Shown: positions 42,915 through 58,500 of the stretch, piece by piece
Layout: every line of letters begins with the position of its first letter
How positions within the stretch are numbered: the first letter of the stretch is position 1
Source: the human T2T-CHM13v2.0 reference genome, Homo sapiens
Length of the DNA stretch: 64,000 nt
Assembly: GCA_009914755.4 (NCBI GenBank)
Contig: CP068257.2
Location: forward strand, 25,728,001-25,792,000
Reading direction: 5' to 3'
Notes under the pieces: generated by a model
Databases searched by the model: none
The model's input: only the letters and a program-made list of their open reading frames with translations
Told to the model about the DNA's origin: nothing
Translations under genes and position numbers: made by a program

Positions 42915-43605
42915 ACTCTTCTACTCTTACATTAAGTCTACCTAGGTCTGCAGAAGGTATCAGTTACGATGCATTTTTAGTTATGATAATAAGTATAATA
43001 TTAAAGGTGGAGTTTACATTTAAACTCAATACATATGCTAAATTATAAACTAATGGTAATTGTTTGAAAATTGAAACATTTAATCTCTAATACATTTATG
43101 TAATTAAGTATGAATAATAACTATGGAGTGGAGAGTGGTATGTATCTCTTAAAATAGAATTTTAATAATGATAGCATTGCTGGAAGTCCAATTTCTTCTT
43201 AAAAATTAGGCTTGTTCTAAGCAAGATTTGTCATTCTTTATAAATAGTATACAGGAGCTCAAGTGTAATACTTCTTAAACTTTGAAATGAAGATTAATAT
43301 ATGTTTGATAAAAAAAAACTTTGACTGCTTTAAACTTTTTCAAATTAAAATATCCTAGATGATTTATACTCCTGGAAACTGAAAGCTAGACAGACAATCA
43401 AAGATATATTTGTCTACCTGATCTAAAAATAGCCAACACCTTTTAAAATATAACAGAAGCTATTGTCAACAAGACCTAATTGCCTCATTCGTTTCCTTAT
43501 TGACTTGATTCCCTGATGTTGTGTTACTCACTAGAAAGTTTAGTGCTATTCTATTCTCTGTTCCAATTTCATCTGAAAGGGAAGCATATTGGACAAATGT
43601 ATGCC

Positions 43606-43905
43606 TTTTTTTTTTAATTTTTTGAGATGGAGTCTCGCTCTGCCACCCAGGCTAGAGTGCAGTGGCGCAATCTCAGCTCACTACAACCCCCGCCTTCCAG
43701 GGTTCAAGCAATTCTCCTGCCTCAGCCTCCTGAGTAGCTGGGATTACAGGCCATGCGCCACCACTCCCAGCTACTTTTTGTATTTTTAGTAGAGACAAGG
43801 TTTCACCATGTTGGTCAGGCTGGTCTTGAACTCTTTACCTCGTGATCCACCCGCCTTGTCCTCCCGAAGTGCTGGGATTACAAACGTGAGCCACTGTGTC
43901 CGGCC
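43606..43905 (-). mobile_element. Alu SINE, full length
   Basis: tttttttttaattttttgagatggagtctcgctctgccacccaggctagagtgcagtggcgcaatctcagctcactacaacccccgccttccagggttcaagc ... aacgtgagccactgtgtccggcc. Confidence 0.95.
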
Positions 43906-46900
43906 ACCCATTCTGTTTAACTGGCCTTCTTATGGCTAAAGTGTTCATCCTCCTAGATTGGATGCTGTTAATTCCACAGAGTCCATTTGAGATAATGTGA
44001 TCCTGACACTGACATTAAAATTTTGCATGCCATTAGTCACAGTGATTGTTCTGGAGGACATGGTATCCAATACAATGCAATGAGACTCAATTGCGAGTTT
44101 TTAGAGAACAACTGGGAAAAGAGAGTTGTCCTTTCTGCTAAGGGATGCTGTAAATATAAGGTATATTTCTGGGTCATTTTGCAAGGACATTATCACCAGA
44201 ACTTGGAAGCCTGTAGGAAAAGAGAGAAAACAGAAAGGGTATCCAATGTAGAGTCAAGACATAGATAAAATTGAAGCTTGAAAGTTTTGGTTGACTCTCC
44301 CTCGGTACCAGCTATCTGGATAAATTCTACATTTTGCTTTTTGTTTTTGTTTCTTTTCTTAAGGTGGTTTGAGTTGAATTTTCTATTACATGTGACAATA
44401 AAAGGCTCAACATACATGTAACTCAACTTAGAAAACTTGGAATGACTTGTCCCAGTGATACTTCCTGGAAAATATGGCAATACTGTTCCAAGTCCAATTT
44501 ATGCCAAAGCCTGGGACCTCTAAATATGACCACAGTTCACAGTCATGCAGTGACAGTTCTCTCTACTATGTATTTATTTACATTATGGACTGGTCCTTAC
44601 ACAGTCTTTTCTTTTAAGTGTCAACTTATTGTACTGCTACCTATTTCTCTCAAGTTCTCTTAACATTTGTTTTGTATATTTAAGTGCTCCATGAATGGGT
44701 GCACATATATTTACAATTGTTATATGCTCTTGAGATGAGCTGACCCCTTTATCATTATATAATGACTTTCTTTGTCTCTTGTGACAGTTTCCACTAAAAG
44801 TCTATTTTGTTTCAAATAAGCATAGCAATTAGTGCTCCCTTTTAGTTAGCATGTGAATGGAATATTTTTCCTTTCCTTCGCTTTCAGCTTATGTACACCC
44901 TTAAAGATACAGTGAGTCTCTTGTATGGTACATATAGTTAGATACTGTCTTTTCATTCATTTTAGTCACTCGGTATCTTCTGGTTAGAAAATATAATCCA
45001 TTTACATTTAAATCAGTTATTTATTTCACTTACTATTGCCACTTTTTAAATTGTTTTCTGATTGCTTTTTAGTTTCTTTTCTTCTTTCCTCCTCTCTTGC
45101 TCTCCTTGTAATTTGAATTTTTTTTGTTGTTGTTTGCAGTGGTATGCTTTGATTCTTCTCTCTTTATCTTTCGCGTACCTACTACACATAATTTTTTCTT
45201 TGTGGTTACCTTGTTGCTTATGTAAAACTTTTTTTAGTTATAACAGTTTACTTTAAGCCAATAATAACTTTGGCTACATCTAAAAACTCTATATTTACCT
45301 TCTCTCACCACATTTTTTGTTATTAATATCACAATTTACATCTTTTTTATACTATGTATCCATTAACAAATTAGCATAAAGTTATTTTAATACTTTTGTC
45401 TTTTAACTTTTCTACTACAGTTAAAAGTGATTTTTACACCATCCTTGACACACTAGAATATTTTGAATTGGACTATATTCTTATCTTCACAGTGGGCTTT
45501 GTATTTTTACATATTCTCAAGTTGTTGGCTAACATCCTTTTATTTTAATTCGAGTAACTGCTTTTGTCATTTATTGTCAGGTAGTTGTGGTTGTAATGAA
45601 ATCCCTCAGATTTTGTTTTGCTGAGAAGATCTTTTATCTCTCCATTCCTAAAGGTCATATTTGCAGAGTATGGTGGACGGATTGGCAGATTTTCTTTTTC
45701 TTTCAGTACTTTGAATAGATAATCTCACTCTCTCCTGGTTTCCAAAGTTTCTGCTGGAAAATTTGCTTATAGTCCTTATGAGGGGTTCCTTTACATGTGA
45801 AGAGTCACTTTTTCTTTCTCTGAGGAGTCAAAAATACAGTATGCTTTTACGACACTGTATTTTCGACTTTTGATAATTTGATTATAGTATATCTGGTGAA
45901 GATCTCTTTATATTCTACCTAACTGAGGTTCTTCAGGCTTCATGTATCTGGATGTTCATTTTCCTCTCCAGATTTGTGAAATTTTCTGTCATTGTTACTT
46001 TAAATAAATTTTCAGTCATTTTCTTTTTCTCTGTTACTTCTAGAATCTTCGTAATATATATATATTGTTTGCTTGATGTTCAGCTGTAACTTCTGTTGTC
46101 TTTCTTCACTATTTTTCATTCTTTTATCTTTCTGTGCTGCTGAATGGCAAATCTCAAATGACCTGTTGAGCTCCCTGATTTTTTCTTCTGTTTGATCAAG
46201 TACAAATGCTTCTCAAATTACAGTAGTTTGACTTACAATTTTTTGACTTTACAATGGTGTAACACCATCACAATTTTGTTATACTTTAAATTTTGAACTT
46301 TGATCTTTTTCCAGGCTAGCAGTAAGCGGTACATGAGATGTTCGGCACTTTATTATAAAATAGGCTTTGTGTTAGATGAGTTTCCCCAGCATGGGCTAAT
46401 TTAAGTGTTCTGAACATAGTTAATATGGGCTAGACTAAACTGTGATTTTTGGTAGGCTAGGTGCATTAAATGCATCTTTTACTTACAATATTTTCAACTT
46501 ACGAGTATACTGAATGTAACATTGTAAGTTGAGGAACATTTGGATGCTCTTGAAGCTTTCTAAGGGTTTTTTCTGTTCAGTTATTATGTTCTTCAGTCCC
46601 AGAATTCCTGTTTTGTTCTTTTTTTATAGTTTCTATTTTTTTGTTAAACTTCTAACTTTGTTCATGTATTTTTTTTAATGATTTTATTTGGTTGTTTTCT
46701 TCTGTAGTTCACTGAGCTTCTTTAAGAGGATTATTTTGAATTATTTGTCAGGCAGTTCATACATCTCTATTTTTTAGGGCTAGTTACTAGTTCTTTTATT
46801 TTTTTCTCTTTTAGTTATGTCAGATTTCCCTGATTATTTGACTTTTTTTTTTGTCTTGCATTATGATCTATGTATTTGAAGAAGTAAGCACCTCTTCCAG

Positions 46901-47211
<311 letters not shown>

Positions 47212-47228
47212 TCATCTCTTCTAGTCTT

Positions 47229-47760
47229 TACAGACAGGCTTCAGCAAAGAGAGTCCTTCACCAAGCAGCCCATGTAGAGATTCTGAGCAGGATGTTTCTG
47301 GGATATCTGTGTACACTTGCCGCTGGAGTCCTTGAAACAGCTGGCCTGGTACCTCAATAAGCAGATGAGTAGCCCTGGCTTTGGGTCCACTAGGTGCAGC
47401 CTGATGCCTGGGTCTGCAGGAGTAGGCAGACATGGAATTTGGGTTTGCGTAGATGGGCCTAGTGCCTCAGTGCACAGGGGTAAGCCTGAAGCTTGGGTCT
47501 ACAGGTATAAGCCTGGATCCTGGGTACATGGGGTCTAGTGTGTTGCTGGGGTCCACTGGGGTGGACCTAGTAACTGTGTTCATGGTTACAGGACTGGAGT
47601 CTAAGTCCATTGGGATGGGCCCAGAGCCCGAGTCTATGAAGGCAGGTATGGGGCCAACATCTACAGGGGCTGGCCTGAATCCTGAGGCTGCAGGAGCTAG
47701 CCTGGCACTGGGGTGGGTCTGAAAGCTGGCCCTGAAGGGGCATGGTGGCGAAGACCACAG
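47229..47760. repeat. Degenerate minisatellite, ~27-36-bp units beginning TGGGTCY, ~15 units
   Basis: Successive units include tgggtctgcaggagtaggcagacatggaatt, tgggtttgcgtagatgggcctagtgcctcag, tgggtctacaggtataagcctggatcc, tgggtacatggggtctagtgtgttgc and tggggtccactggggtggacctagtaactgtgttca. A periodicity that is a multiple of 3 keeps five overlapping ORFs open on both strands. Confidence 0.8.
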
Positions 47761-50586
47761 TAAAGTCATGTGTTAACTTCACTCTTCTTCCGCTCTGTGG
47801 AGGATATCACTGTTGGCACTGTGCTGTGCGAAACAGGCTTGGGGGAGAGGAGATGTGAGTAATGTGAAACTGTCCTTACTCCCATCTTCAATCCATCTTT
47901 CTTTATTTCTGTACTTTACCCAGGTGTTGTAATCTGTCATATGGATTCCTTAGCTCTTGGCAAAGTATTTTCATGCATGGATGGTTGTTTAAATTGATGT
48001 TTCTGTGAGGAGTGCTGGAAACTTCCTTTTCATTATCTTGCCGATGTTACTCCTTCAACATTATTTTTAACCACAGAAAGAACAGAAGCTAAAATATTAA
48101 TATTTCATTTACTATAGTGTATACATAGAAGATTATTATGTATTTGTTCTTATCAGAATTTGTTTACTTTTTAATGTGCTAAGGGATTATCAATGGGGGA
48201 ACAATTACTTTTACTAGGTTAGAGATTTATTTGTCATCAAATTAGTTGCCAAGATTTATGGTAATTTAAAATATGTCATAATTTTAAGGGGATAAATAGC
48301 ATGACCATATGCAGTAGTTTGGGGTTTGTTAGTAGGATGATGAAGCATTTGATGTAACTGGAAATAGATAGTTAAACATGAACTATAATAATGAAAACAT
48401 AATTTGCATGGGAGGTGCAAAAACCTGATGGCTACTACAAAAATCTAGCATAATGTTCTTACGTACTGACTGTGGAGCCCAGAGCCCCCTGGGCAACAGA
48501 TGTTGACTGTTTCATGATAAGAAAACATGCTATAAAGTATAAAATAAAGTGCTTGGCAATGAGATGGCTTATATTTGTATTTAACTGTGGTCCTAAGATA
48601 TTGTGAATGGTTGTTTTCCTAAACCTGGGATATTGTGATTATATTTCAAAATGTGTGGAGCTGATTTTAAGTATTATGAAATTTTTGCACTTAATAGTAA
48701 AATTAACAGCCACTAAAATTACTTTTCAAATGGAATTTGATAAAGAAACTTATTTACCCTTTTCTGTTTTCTCAACCTATATTAATGTTAAATGATAGAG
48801 CTCCTAGTTCTCTAGAATTACTCAATAGATCATGGTTATATTTGTAGTTTGCTTTGGGTGGGATTTTAGATTAGACTTTACTTGAAGTAGCAGTATGCCT
48901 TCTTTTAAGAAGCCATTAAACTTCATTCACTTTCTATATAAATATTTATAATTCAATGATTATTTGTTATTTTGGTTAATGTTGAAGGATAGTAATGGTA
49001 TTGGCATATTTCCCACTGAAACTAATACTATATATTTAAGTACTCGTCAAAGTAAAAGGCCTTCTTTTAATAACTGAGTGCATCTATTCATTTATTTTAT
49101 AATAATAGATTTCAAAAAGGGCCAGAAGTCCCAGCTCTATTTTACCAAGGATAGCCAAATGGATTTACCAATGGATATCCAAATTGGTTAAGTGGCTTGT
49201 CCAAGTTCAGCAAACATGCTGAAGTTCACTGCTTTTTAAGCTTCCCTAAAATGACCCAGCCCTCATAAATGCTTATAAAGCTTTAATCCAAAACATCTTT
49301 GGCATGTCTTCTAAGAAAGAGCTTTGAAAAAAATGTAAGTGTGCTGCAATAATGATGTACTCAGCTTTTTCTTTTCCCAGAAGTTTTAGTATATGACGGA
49401 AATGAGTTCTAATATCAGAATTATATTTTTATTTGAAAAGCTTTAGTTTGATTATTTGTATTTTACATAGTAAGCTATAATAATTCTCATGACTCACATG
49501 TATAAATATATAACATTCAAAATTGTCAAAGGCGGTAGTGAATGGGTCATTTAAGAAGTACAATAACATATGTATTCTATGAAAGACAAAACACTTATGG
49601 ATGAAATGAACAACAAAATCAAAGTTAAGTATCAAAAGAGAAAAGGAGTTAGAGAAATATTTTAATAGAAGTACCTTTTCAGTTTAATATTTCAAATGTA
49701 ATTTTAAAATAAAAAACTACAAAAATGTATATTTCAGAAAGTATATGGTAGTTTTCAAATCTTTTAAAAAGAAGCAATTGACAAACTGTGGGCCAGGTAA
49801 AACCTGGGTGTAAAAGGAAAGTTAGTTTGCTGCCCATAAGGAGATTAATAACTTTGTGGGGTAAAAGAGACATTGAGCAGCAGTGTATTAGAGTTCATAT
49901 TACAGAGGAACTGGAGATTTTGTAAGGTGTCCCATTTTTCTCTGTCACGGATAAGAATATTTTGATAATAGTGAAATTCTGATCACATCACAAGATGTAT
50001 TTCTGGTGTTGAAACAAGACAATTAACTGGCTTTGGAAAAGACTTGGATAGTTTTCAAACTACCCACGTATAATAACAGGAAAACTGCATAGACAAAGAA
50101 GTCGATGGGGAGAAAAAATAAACACAGTGTAAGCTTAGCACCAGAGATTGCAGGTCATGAGGATCTGTGTAGTGAGCCACACAGTAAAATAAATACAATC
50201 TAAACAAATAAAGCATAGTACATTCATTTAAATACTTTAAAATATTTAAAATAAATAAATGAAGCATAGTGTATTTGTTGGTTAGTGAGAAAAAGTAGCA
50301 GGAAAGGTGACTCTGAATAATATAGATATTAAGTTATGAAGTGTGAGGCCATCTCTAATATGTTAATAACATGAACACATACTAATCCATCATTGCCATG
50401 TTGAATGAACTTTCCAAAGGGTTCATTCCTTTACCTTTCTGTAGAGAGGTGGCTGTCAGTTTCCACTTTCTGAAGTTTTCAAATGTTCTTTCTCTCTTTC
50501 TCTTTCCCTCTTTCGATACAAAAGGAAGTATTGGAAGAAATGTCCTCAAAAATGTTTTGAGTTCACAGCAACTTTATCAAACACAA

Positions 50587-50611
50587 AAATAAATAAATAA
50601 ATAAATAAATA
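50587..50611. repeat. (AAAT)n microsatellite
   Basis: The repeat reads aaataaataaataaataaataaata. Confidence 0.95.
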
Positions 50612-51022
50612 ACTGGAAATATTGTTATGAGGTCAATTTTCCATTTATCAAAATTTCCTTTCTTGACAAACACAATTCACTGGTCATTTTAAGTTTTAAG
50701 GAAAGTGCTGTATTTAATGGCTCATGCATATTTTCATTGCTTGAAGTAGTCCATAGTTTATTGATTGCATATTCTTTCTCTTCAGCAAAATGGCAGTACA
50801 TTGATGAAGAACATGGGATCCCGTGGGTTAACACCACACTAGATGTAACCTAACACTCTTAGATGCTCGATGTGTAGGCCAGAGCCTCCTAGTCTATAAT
50901 GTGAGTAGGACATATACTATACAGCATGAGATAAAGTTTAAACAAGTTAGTGTTCAACTGTAGGATCTCAGAGCAATCTAAAGCACTGAGGTTGCCTAGG
51001 GACAAACATTTTCATGAATTCT

Positions 51023-51843
<821 letters not shown>

Positions 51844-51866
51844 TTATTTTTATTTTTTATGTTTAA

Positions 51867-52209
<343 letters not shown>

Positions 52210-52781
52210 TGAATTGTATATATTTATGCTGTACAACATGTACAATATATATCCAACATATATCTTGGGTATATATCTAGACACCATGGAATGGCAGAAT
52301 CAGGCTAATTATCATATTCCATTTCCTCACACACTTACCATTTTTGTGGTGACAGCACTTAAAATCTACCCTTTTGGCACATAGTACATTGCTGTTAAGT
52401 ATGATCACTGAGTCCTGAACTTATTGCTCCTAACTGAAATTTTAAAATTGATTTCTTTCTTATCTTCCTGTCTTTACTTGGAAGCCAACTATTGTTTTTC
52501 TTGGCTTTTAAATGATGGGTGGCATGCTAATCTGAGGTCCGTTTTGCAAGTTCTTGAGAACAGATTACCCAAGGAAACAACAACCATATTCCCTAGTGTC
52601 TTATGATGTAACCAGTGGAATGGTACCCATGGGAGGAGAGGGAAGAGGTAAAAACTTGGTTGTGGACCTCAGCTCATGCAATTTTGCTCTGTCGTGGGGA
52701 CCCTCTACTGTTCGGCTTTCCAGTGTTACTGTGTGTATTCTTTTATATGCTGAGGAAGTTGTAGGAAAGTAAGGAAAATAA

Positions 52782-53084
<303 letters not shown>

Positions 53085-55698
53085 TGTTCGTTTTTTACAT
53101 CAGCATATCTGTTACTCCCCACTAAGGATGAGGAACTTCGCACTGGAGCAAGATGATTAGGAGAAAAATGAATCTGCTTTGCCACCTAGTTTGGGGGGAA
53201 TTGATGGAGCACACACTTCTGAGGGACACATGATCTCTTTCTCAGCAGTAACTTGCTAATGCTGTACCAGCTTTCAGCTTGTCTGGAAATGGCAAGAGTG
53301 TTTTATGAGTGTCTTATGGACACAATGAATCAGCTTTACCTCAAAATAAAAGTTAAAAAAAAATACATTCTGGCTTACCCCATGATACAATGCTAAGTGC
53401 ATTCATAGGCACACACACGGAGTCTTTCTGTCTAAAAAACAGCACTGTGTTTACATCCTGCCACCTATCTCAGAGGGACTGACTAAGACTTGGAAAACTC
53501 TGATGATATCCTTTAATCTTTTCCTTAATATGGGAATATAGTGTTTAATCTTTGTACCTTTTTATATAAGTTTTCATCTGAAATGGTTTTTTTTCAAATG
53601 TATTTCTCTTAGGTTGGGTGCATGGTGGCACAATATCATGCCTTATTATTTAACGTTCACATCTCCCTCCCAATAATTTAAACCATCCAAATATTTGTTG
53701 ATAATTTTCGTATTCCCATTTCATGTTTGCACAGCCAAATAACACATGTAAAATTCCTTTAATCTCTCCATACAAAATAAATCCTCCACTGCTTTAATTA
53801 TTCCTAGTAGTGCTTTCTGAACTTTTACCAGCCTTGCTTGGCAGAATTATGGTGAGAAAGTTGAATCCAGGCTGTCAGTAGCAAAGTGTTTGCCATGCTA
53901 TTATCCTTGGCAACTGCAGGCCTCCTCCAGGCTACAAAACAGCTCAGTGCCTACCTCCTTTTCCCTGCTTTCTACTGGCCTACAAATTCCAGCTGTGGTC
54001 AGCTGGTGAGCTCTGAGCTACAGGGACGGCGTGGCGCATGTTTTGGGCTTGACTCAGGGATCATGTAATGTTGGGACAGTGAACTTTCCGATGGGAGCCA
54101 ATAACACCCATGATTGTTTTCACCTCCTGACCAGAATGTCTCAACTTAATTCAATCATCTGAACATCAATGAGGGTGACTGGAAAAAATTTTTTATCACA
54201 GCACTAAAATAAAAGCAATTCCAAGATGTTTTCTTTTCCATTGCACATTTTCAGAGCTTTGATTTTCCTGGTAAAATGCTCTTTGCATGTGCCATGTTCC
54301 CAGATTAGGAGAAGATGATACCCAAGGGAGAAGAGGTAAAAATGCACATAAATAATTTTACACCATGACACCGTGGTTAAGGCTTTCAAGGATGCTTTTA
54401 ATGATGCTATGTGCCATGGTTTTAAAAGTCACTATCAAGTTATTTATTTGTATATATTTTGTTTCCTCTTAAAAACTCTTTAAATAAATAAAAGAGGAGA
54501 AATTGTACAAATTTCTTCTTTTACTGTGTACCTACTCTTGCTTTGTGTTTATGAGTGAAGAGAGATGGGGAACATACAGAATATTAAGTGGTATATTTAA
54601 GATACTTGTTCATTTTAAGATTTAGGCTTGCAATTTAGGTGTGCCTAATTTGTCTGCTTTGGGAGCTCAAAGGTCAAGTTGCCACCGCAATTAAGCATCA
54701 ATATTCCTTAATTTGAAGTGTTAAAAAATATGTGTGTGTGAGCGTGTGCATATCTGTGTTCAACTGTCTGCCTTTATTAGTTTTCTAGTCCTGCTGTACA
54801 TAACACATCACTATAGACTTACCACCTTAAATACATAGGTCCAAAGTCTGACACTGATTTCATTACTGGCAACAGGTTCTTTGATATGAGGCAAAAAGAG
54901 TTTTCCCAGACAAGTCTTCACTGGAGCTTGTGCCAGGGCATAAGGGAGACAGCAAGAGAGAAAGAGAGAGAATTCCCTAATTCCACTAGAAGAGCTGTAG
55001 GGCTTTTTTGTTAGGCAAAGCATGGAAATTGACATGCAAGTTGGGCTGGACAAAGCACATAAAGGGTAGAGCACAGGCTAGCATTATCTGGTTGCAATGG
55101 TTGAGTAATGAACCATCTGGTGGTCTGGCCAGTGGCAACAAGGCTGCATTCCTTCCTGAGGTGGGACACTCTGCAACCTTGGTTATCTCCTAAGGCCAGT
55201 TCCTGGAATTCTTTAAGTAAAGACATGTTTAAATGGTGATGTAAGTGAGGTAATGGTGTGAGTTCTGTGATCAGTGAGAATGCATAAAAGACTCCGCTAG
55301 GTGACTTGAAACTGAGCTTCGTCTCCAATCTGCCTCGGTTTCTCTGGATTAAAATTGAGGTATCAGAAGAGTGGGGCTTCTTACCAGAGACAGTGGGAAA
55401 GGATGAAGCTATTGACAGAATTCAGTTTCTTGTGGTTGTAGGCATGAGGTTCCCATCTCCTTGTACTCTGTCAGCTGGGAACTGGTTGTATTTCCTAGAA
55501 TTCTCTTTCCAGTCCTTGTTTGTGGCCACCTCCTATCTAGAACCAGCAGAGGCATGTGGAAGTTGAATGGTTCTCATATTTGGAAGCTGTGTGACTTCCC
55601 CTTCTGCCTTCCTCTTTCACCACATCTCTCTGACACCAGGCAGGGAAAATTCCCTGCTTTGAAGGGCTCATGTGATCAGATTGTGTCTCTCCAGATAA

Positions 55699-55721
55699 TT
55701 AAAAAAAAAAAAAAAAAAAAA
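55699..55721. repeat. Poly(A) tract
   Basis: The tract is 23 consecutive A residues (55699-55721). Confidence 0.9.
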
Positions 55722-55824
55722 TCCCTACTTTGAAGTCTGTAACCTAAAAATTACCCTATATTAAAGCCTGTGTCCTAACATTTTATCTGCAATCATTTTT
55801 TTGTTATTGTTGTTGTTCGTTGGT

Positions 55825-55978
55825 TTCTTTCTTTCCTCTTCCTTCCTTCCTTTCTTCCTTCCTTCCTTCTTTCTTCCTTCCTCCTTCCTTCCTTCCTCCT
55901 TCCTTCCTTCCCCCTCCCTCCCTTTCTTTCTTTCTTTCTTTCTTTCTTCCTTTCTTCTTTTCTTTTCTTTTTTTTTTT
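55825..55978. repeat. Polypyrimidine (TTCC)n/(TTTC)n/(CCCT)n microsatellite tract (~150 bp, pyrimidine-only on plus strand)
   Basis: The tract reads ttcctcttccttccttcctttcttccttccttccttctttcttccttcctccttccttccttcctccttccttccttccccctccctccctttctttctttctttctttctttcttcctttcttcttttcttttcttttttttttt. Confidence 0.95.
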
Positions 55979-57504
55979 GCCATGTACTATAAGCAGCTAT
56001 TTACAGGTTCTAGGGATTTGGTCATGGATTTTTCTGTGTGTGTGGCAGAAAGGGGGCACTATTTAGCCTAAGACTTTCCAGCATCCTCTTTCTCTCTCTC
56101 ACCCTCTTTCTCTGCAACATGGCCTCAAGAGCAAGAAAAAAGATAAGATGCCGAGTCAGAAAAACCTGACTTCAAAATTCTTTCCCCTACCAGCAGCTCA
56201 CTAATTACCCAGCTGGTAATTTGATAACAGGAATTTTCTTCATCCTTTCAAAGATTTGTTTCATTTCTTGTTGTCGTATTTACTTCATCAGGTAATTGTA
56301 AAATTGATGATATAGTCAGATGTCTGCATCTAGTGCTATGCCTGGCATACGGCATGGGAGGGTGCACTTTTAATCCAATTTTATTTCAGAGGAACCATTG
56401 TACATCCTGTTTCTTATCAAAAGTTGCTTCATGGCAGTTACCCCAGGTCACTGAGACCAAGCCAGGGCTGTCATTCTCAGAGGGGGAGATGGAAGGGAGT
56501 GATACAGGGGAGGGCCTAGCAGGCAAAGGAAGTTGGAAACTGTCCTCTGTAAGCCCAGCACGTGGGAAGCAGCTGGGTGCATTAATTTCACCTTTGTCAT
56601 CCCTGGCATTGAAAAACCACAACCAGCTTACACGGAAAGGATTCTCAAATGGAACTTTCTCAAATTTATGGTGAAAAACACTAGGAAACTGCTTTGAATT
56701 GAAGCATGGCGCTGATGGTTATCCAGTTCATCCTCTCTGCTAAAGCCATTTGACTCTCATGTGCTTAATAAGAGATCCTTGGAAACATTAAGTGCTATCC
56801 AAGAAGCAAAAATAAAGCAGAACAACCAAAACAAAATGAAAACAAAAAATAAGAGCAATAACCTGCATGGTAATAGGAGAAAATTTTATTTTTTATCTAT
56901 TTTCTTCAAATCTTGCTTATAGGTAAAAGAGAAAATTATTTGAGTAAATATAATGCATTCCCTAAAGAAACAAAAAAGATACTCAGAGGTCCTCTGAAAC
57001 CCAGCTCCCCATCTTCTTATTAGACTATGACTGAACATTTGCCCAATTGGACATATCACACCCTCTGGCTAGAATGTGGTATTTACATTGTTATAAATAA
57101 ATTGACATGTGTGTATAGCTCTGGTGGGGGGACCGTGGACAATAGAGCACATACTGTTCCTGAGTTCATCTCATGTTCCCTCAGTCAGTTTCAGTCAGAG
57201 ATGAATGTTCATTTAATCAGGAAATTTTATCTTGTCTTTAAAAGCCTTGGCAACTGTAAATGAGGGGAGATCTAAGATTAGTAATGTACTCTGACAAACT
57301 CTTCTTTTTAAAAATTATGTCAGATTTTCCAGAGCAGGATTTCAGTTTTCTTCTACAAAGTTTATTCTTAGCTTATACAAAATAGGCTTACTCTAAAACC
57401 CTAATCATGAAGTAGTACATTCAGATAATAGGGAAATTAAAATATATCAAAATGAAACAGCAGAAAGTAAACATGCCATCCTTATTTTATGTCACTGGAA
57501 AAAA

Positions 57505-57527
57505 GTGTGTGTGTGTGTGTGTGTGTT
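57505..57527. repeat. (GT)n microsatellite
   Basis: The repeat reads gtgtgtgtgtgtgtgtgtgtgtg. Confidence 0.95.
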
Positions 57528-58002
57528 TAGCACTAGCATGTGGCATTACAGGACATTTAGGTTACCATTTAAAATTTCTCTAACAAATTATGGTAATAAC
57601 CATTTATTGAATCTAACAAAATGACTTCTTTTGAAACATGGTAGCCTGAGCTTAATTGTCTGTCATCATCTCTATCTAAACCCCTATAAAAAATTTCTGT
57701 CTCACAACTTTTTTTTTGTGAAATGCTTAAGTTCAATTATTTTTAATTTTGTTTGCTTTTTAATAAATATATTGAAGGTTAATTTTATTTTAATAACTAC
57801 CTTAGTCATATCACATACATTTTGAAAGGCAACGTATTCATTTCTAAATAATCTTTCCGTGATAATACTTATTTTTCAACTGCAAGTTTATTGGAAGAGT
57901 GTTATTTAAAAAGATTGTAGGGGTTGTAACTATCTGTTTACCCCTTCATTCATCGAGCTATCCATCAATGCAAGCATCAGTCTTCCAAATCAGTACTATT
58001 TA

Positions 58003-58500
58003 TCTCTATCATTTCTTGTGTATATTTTGTTGTTAATTCTATTTTGACTCTATTGTACTCAGAGAATATATATTTGTGCTACATGTAGCACAAAAAACAA
58101 TGAGTTGAACAACACAGTTTAGAAATGCTAAAGCAGAAATAAAGGTTTTTCAAGTTGTATCTCACAAATCTATAATAATAATGGAAGAAAATCCATAGCC
58201 CTTTTAGTATCAATAGTTGAACTTTATATTCTCTGAGTACAATAGAGTCAAAATAGAATTAACAACAAAATATACACAAGAAATATATATTCCCCCTAGC
58301 CTCAACTCCTCAGGCTCTGATAACCACGGTTTTGCTCTCTACTGCTGTGACACCAGCTTTTTTAGATTCCACAAATGCGTAAGATCATGTGGTACTTTTC
58401 TTTCTGTGCCTGGCTTATTTCACTTAATGTCATACAGGTTCATCTATGTTAATGCAAAAGACAAGATTTCATTCCATTTTATGGCTGAGTAGTATTCTTT
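58003..58500 (-). mobile_element. Old L1 LINE 3'-region remnant containing a 60-bp perfect inverted duplication
   Basis: 58290-58500 reads as antisense L1 (ccccctagcctcaactcctcaggctctgataaccacggttttgctctctactgctgtgac ... ttccacaaatgcgtaagatcatgtggtacttttctttctgtgcctggcttatttcacttaatgtcatacaggttcatctatgtt ... ttccattttatggctgagtagtattc). The arms 58011-58070 and 58225-58284 are exact reverse complements. Confidence 0.7.

Noticed and set aside
55801-56071. ORFs encoding FFLPSFLPSS-type peptides
   Set aside because: They are translations of the (TTCC)n/(TTTC)n polypyrimidine microsatellite.
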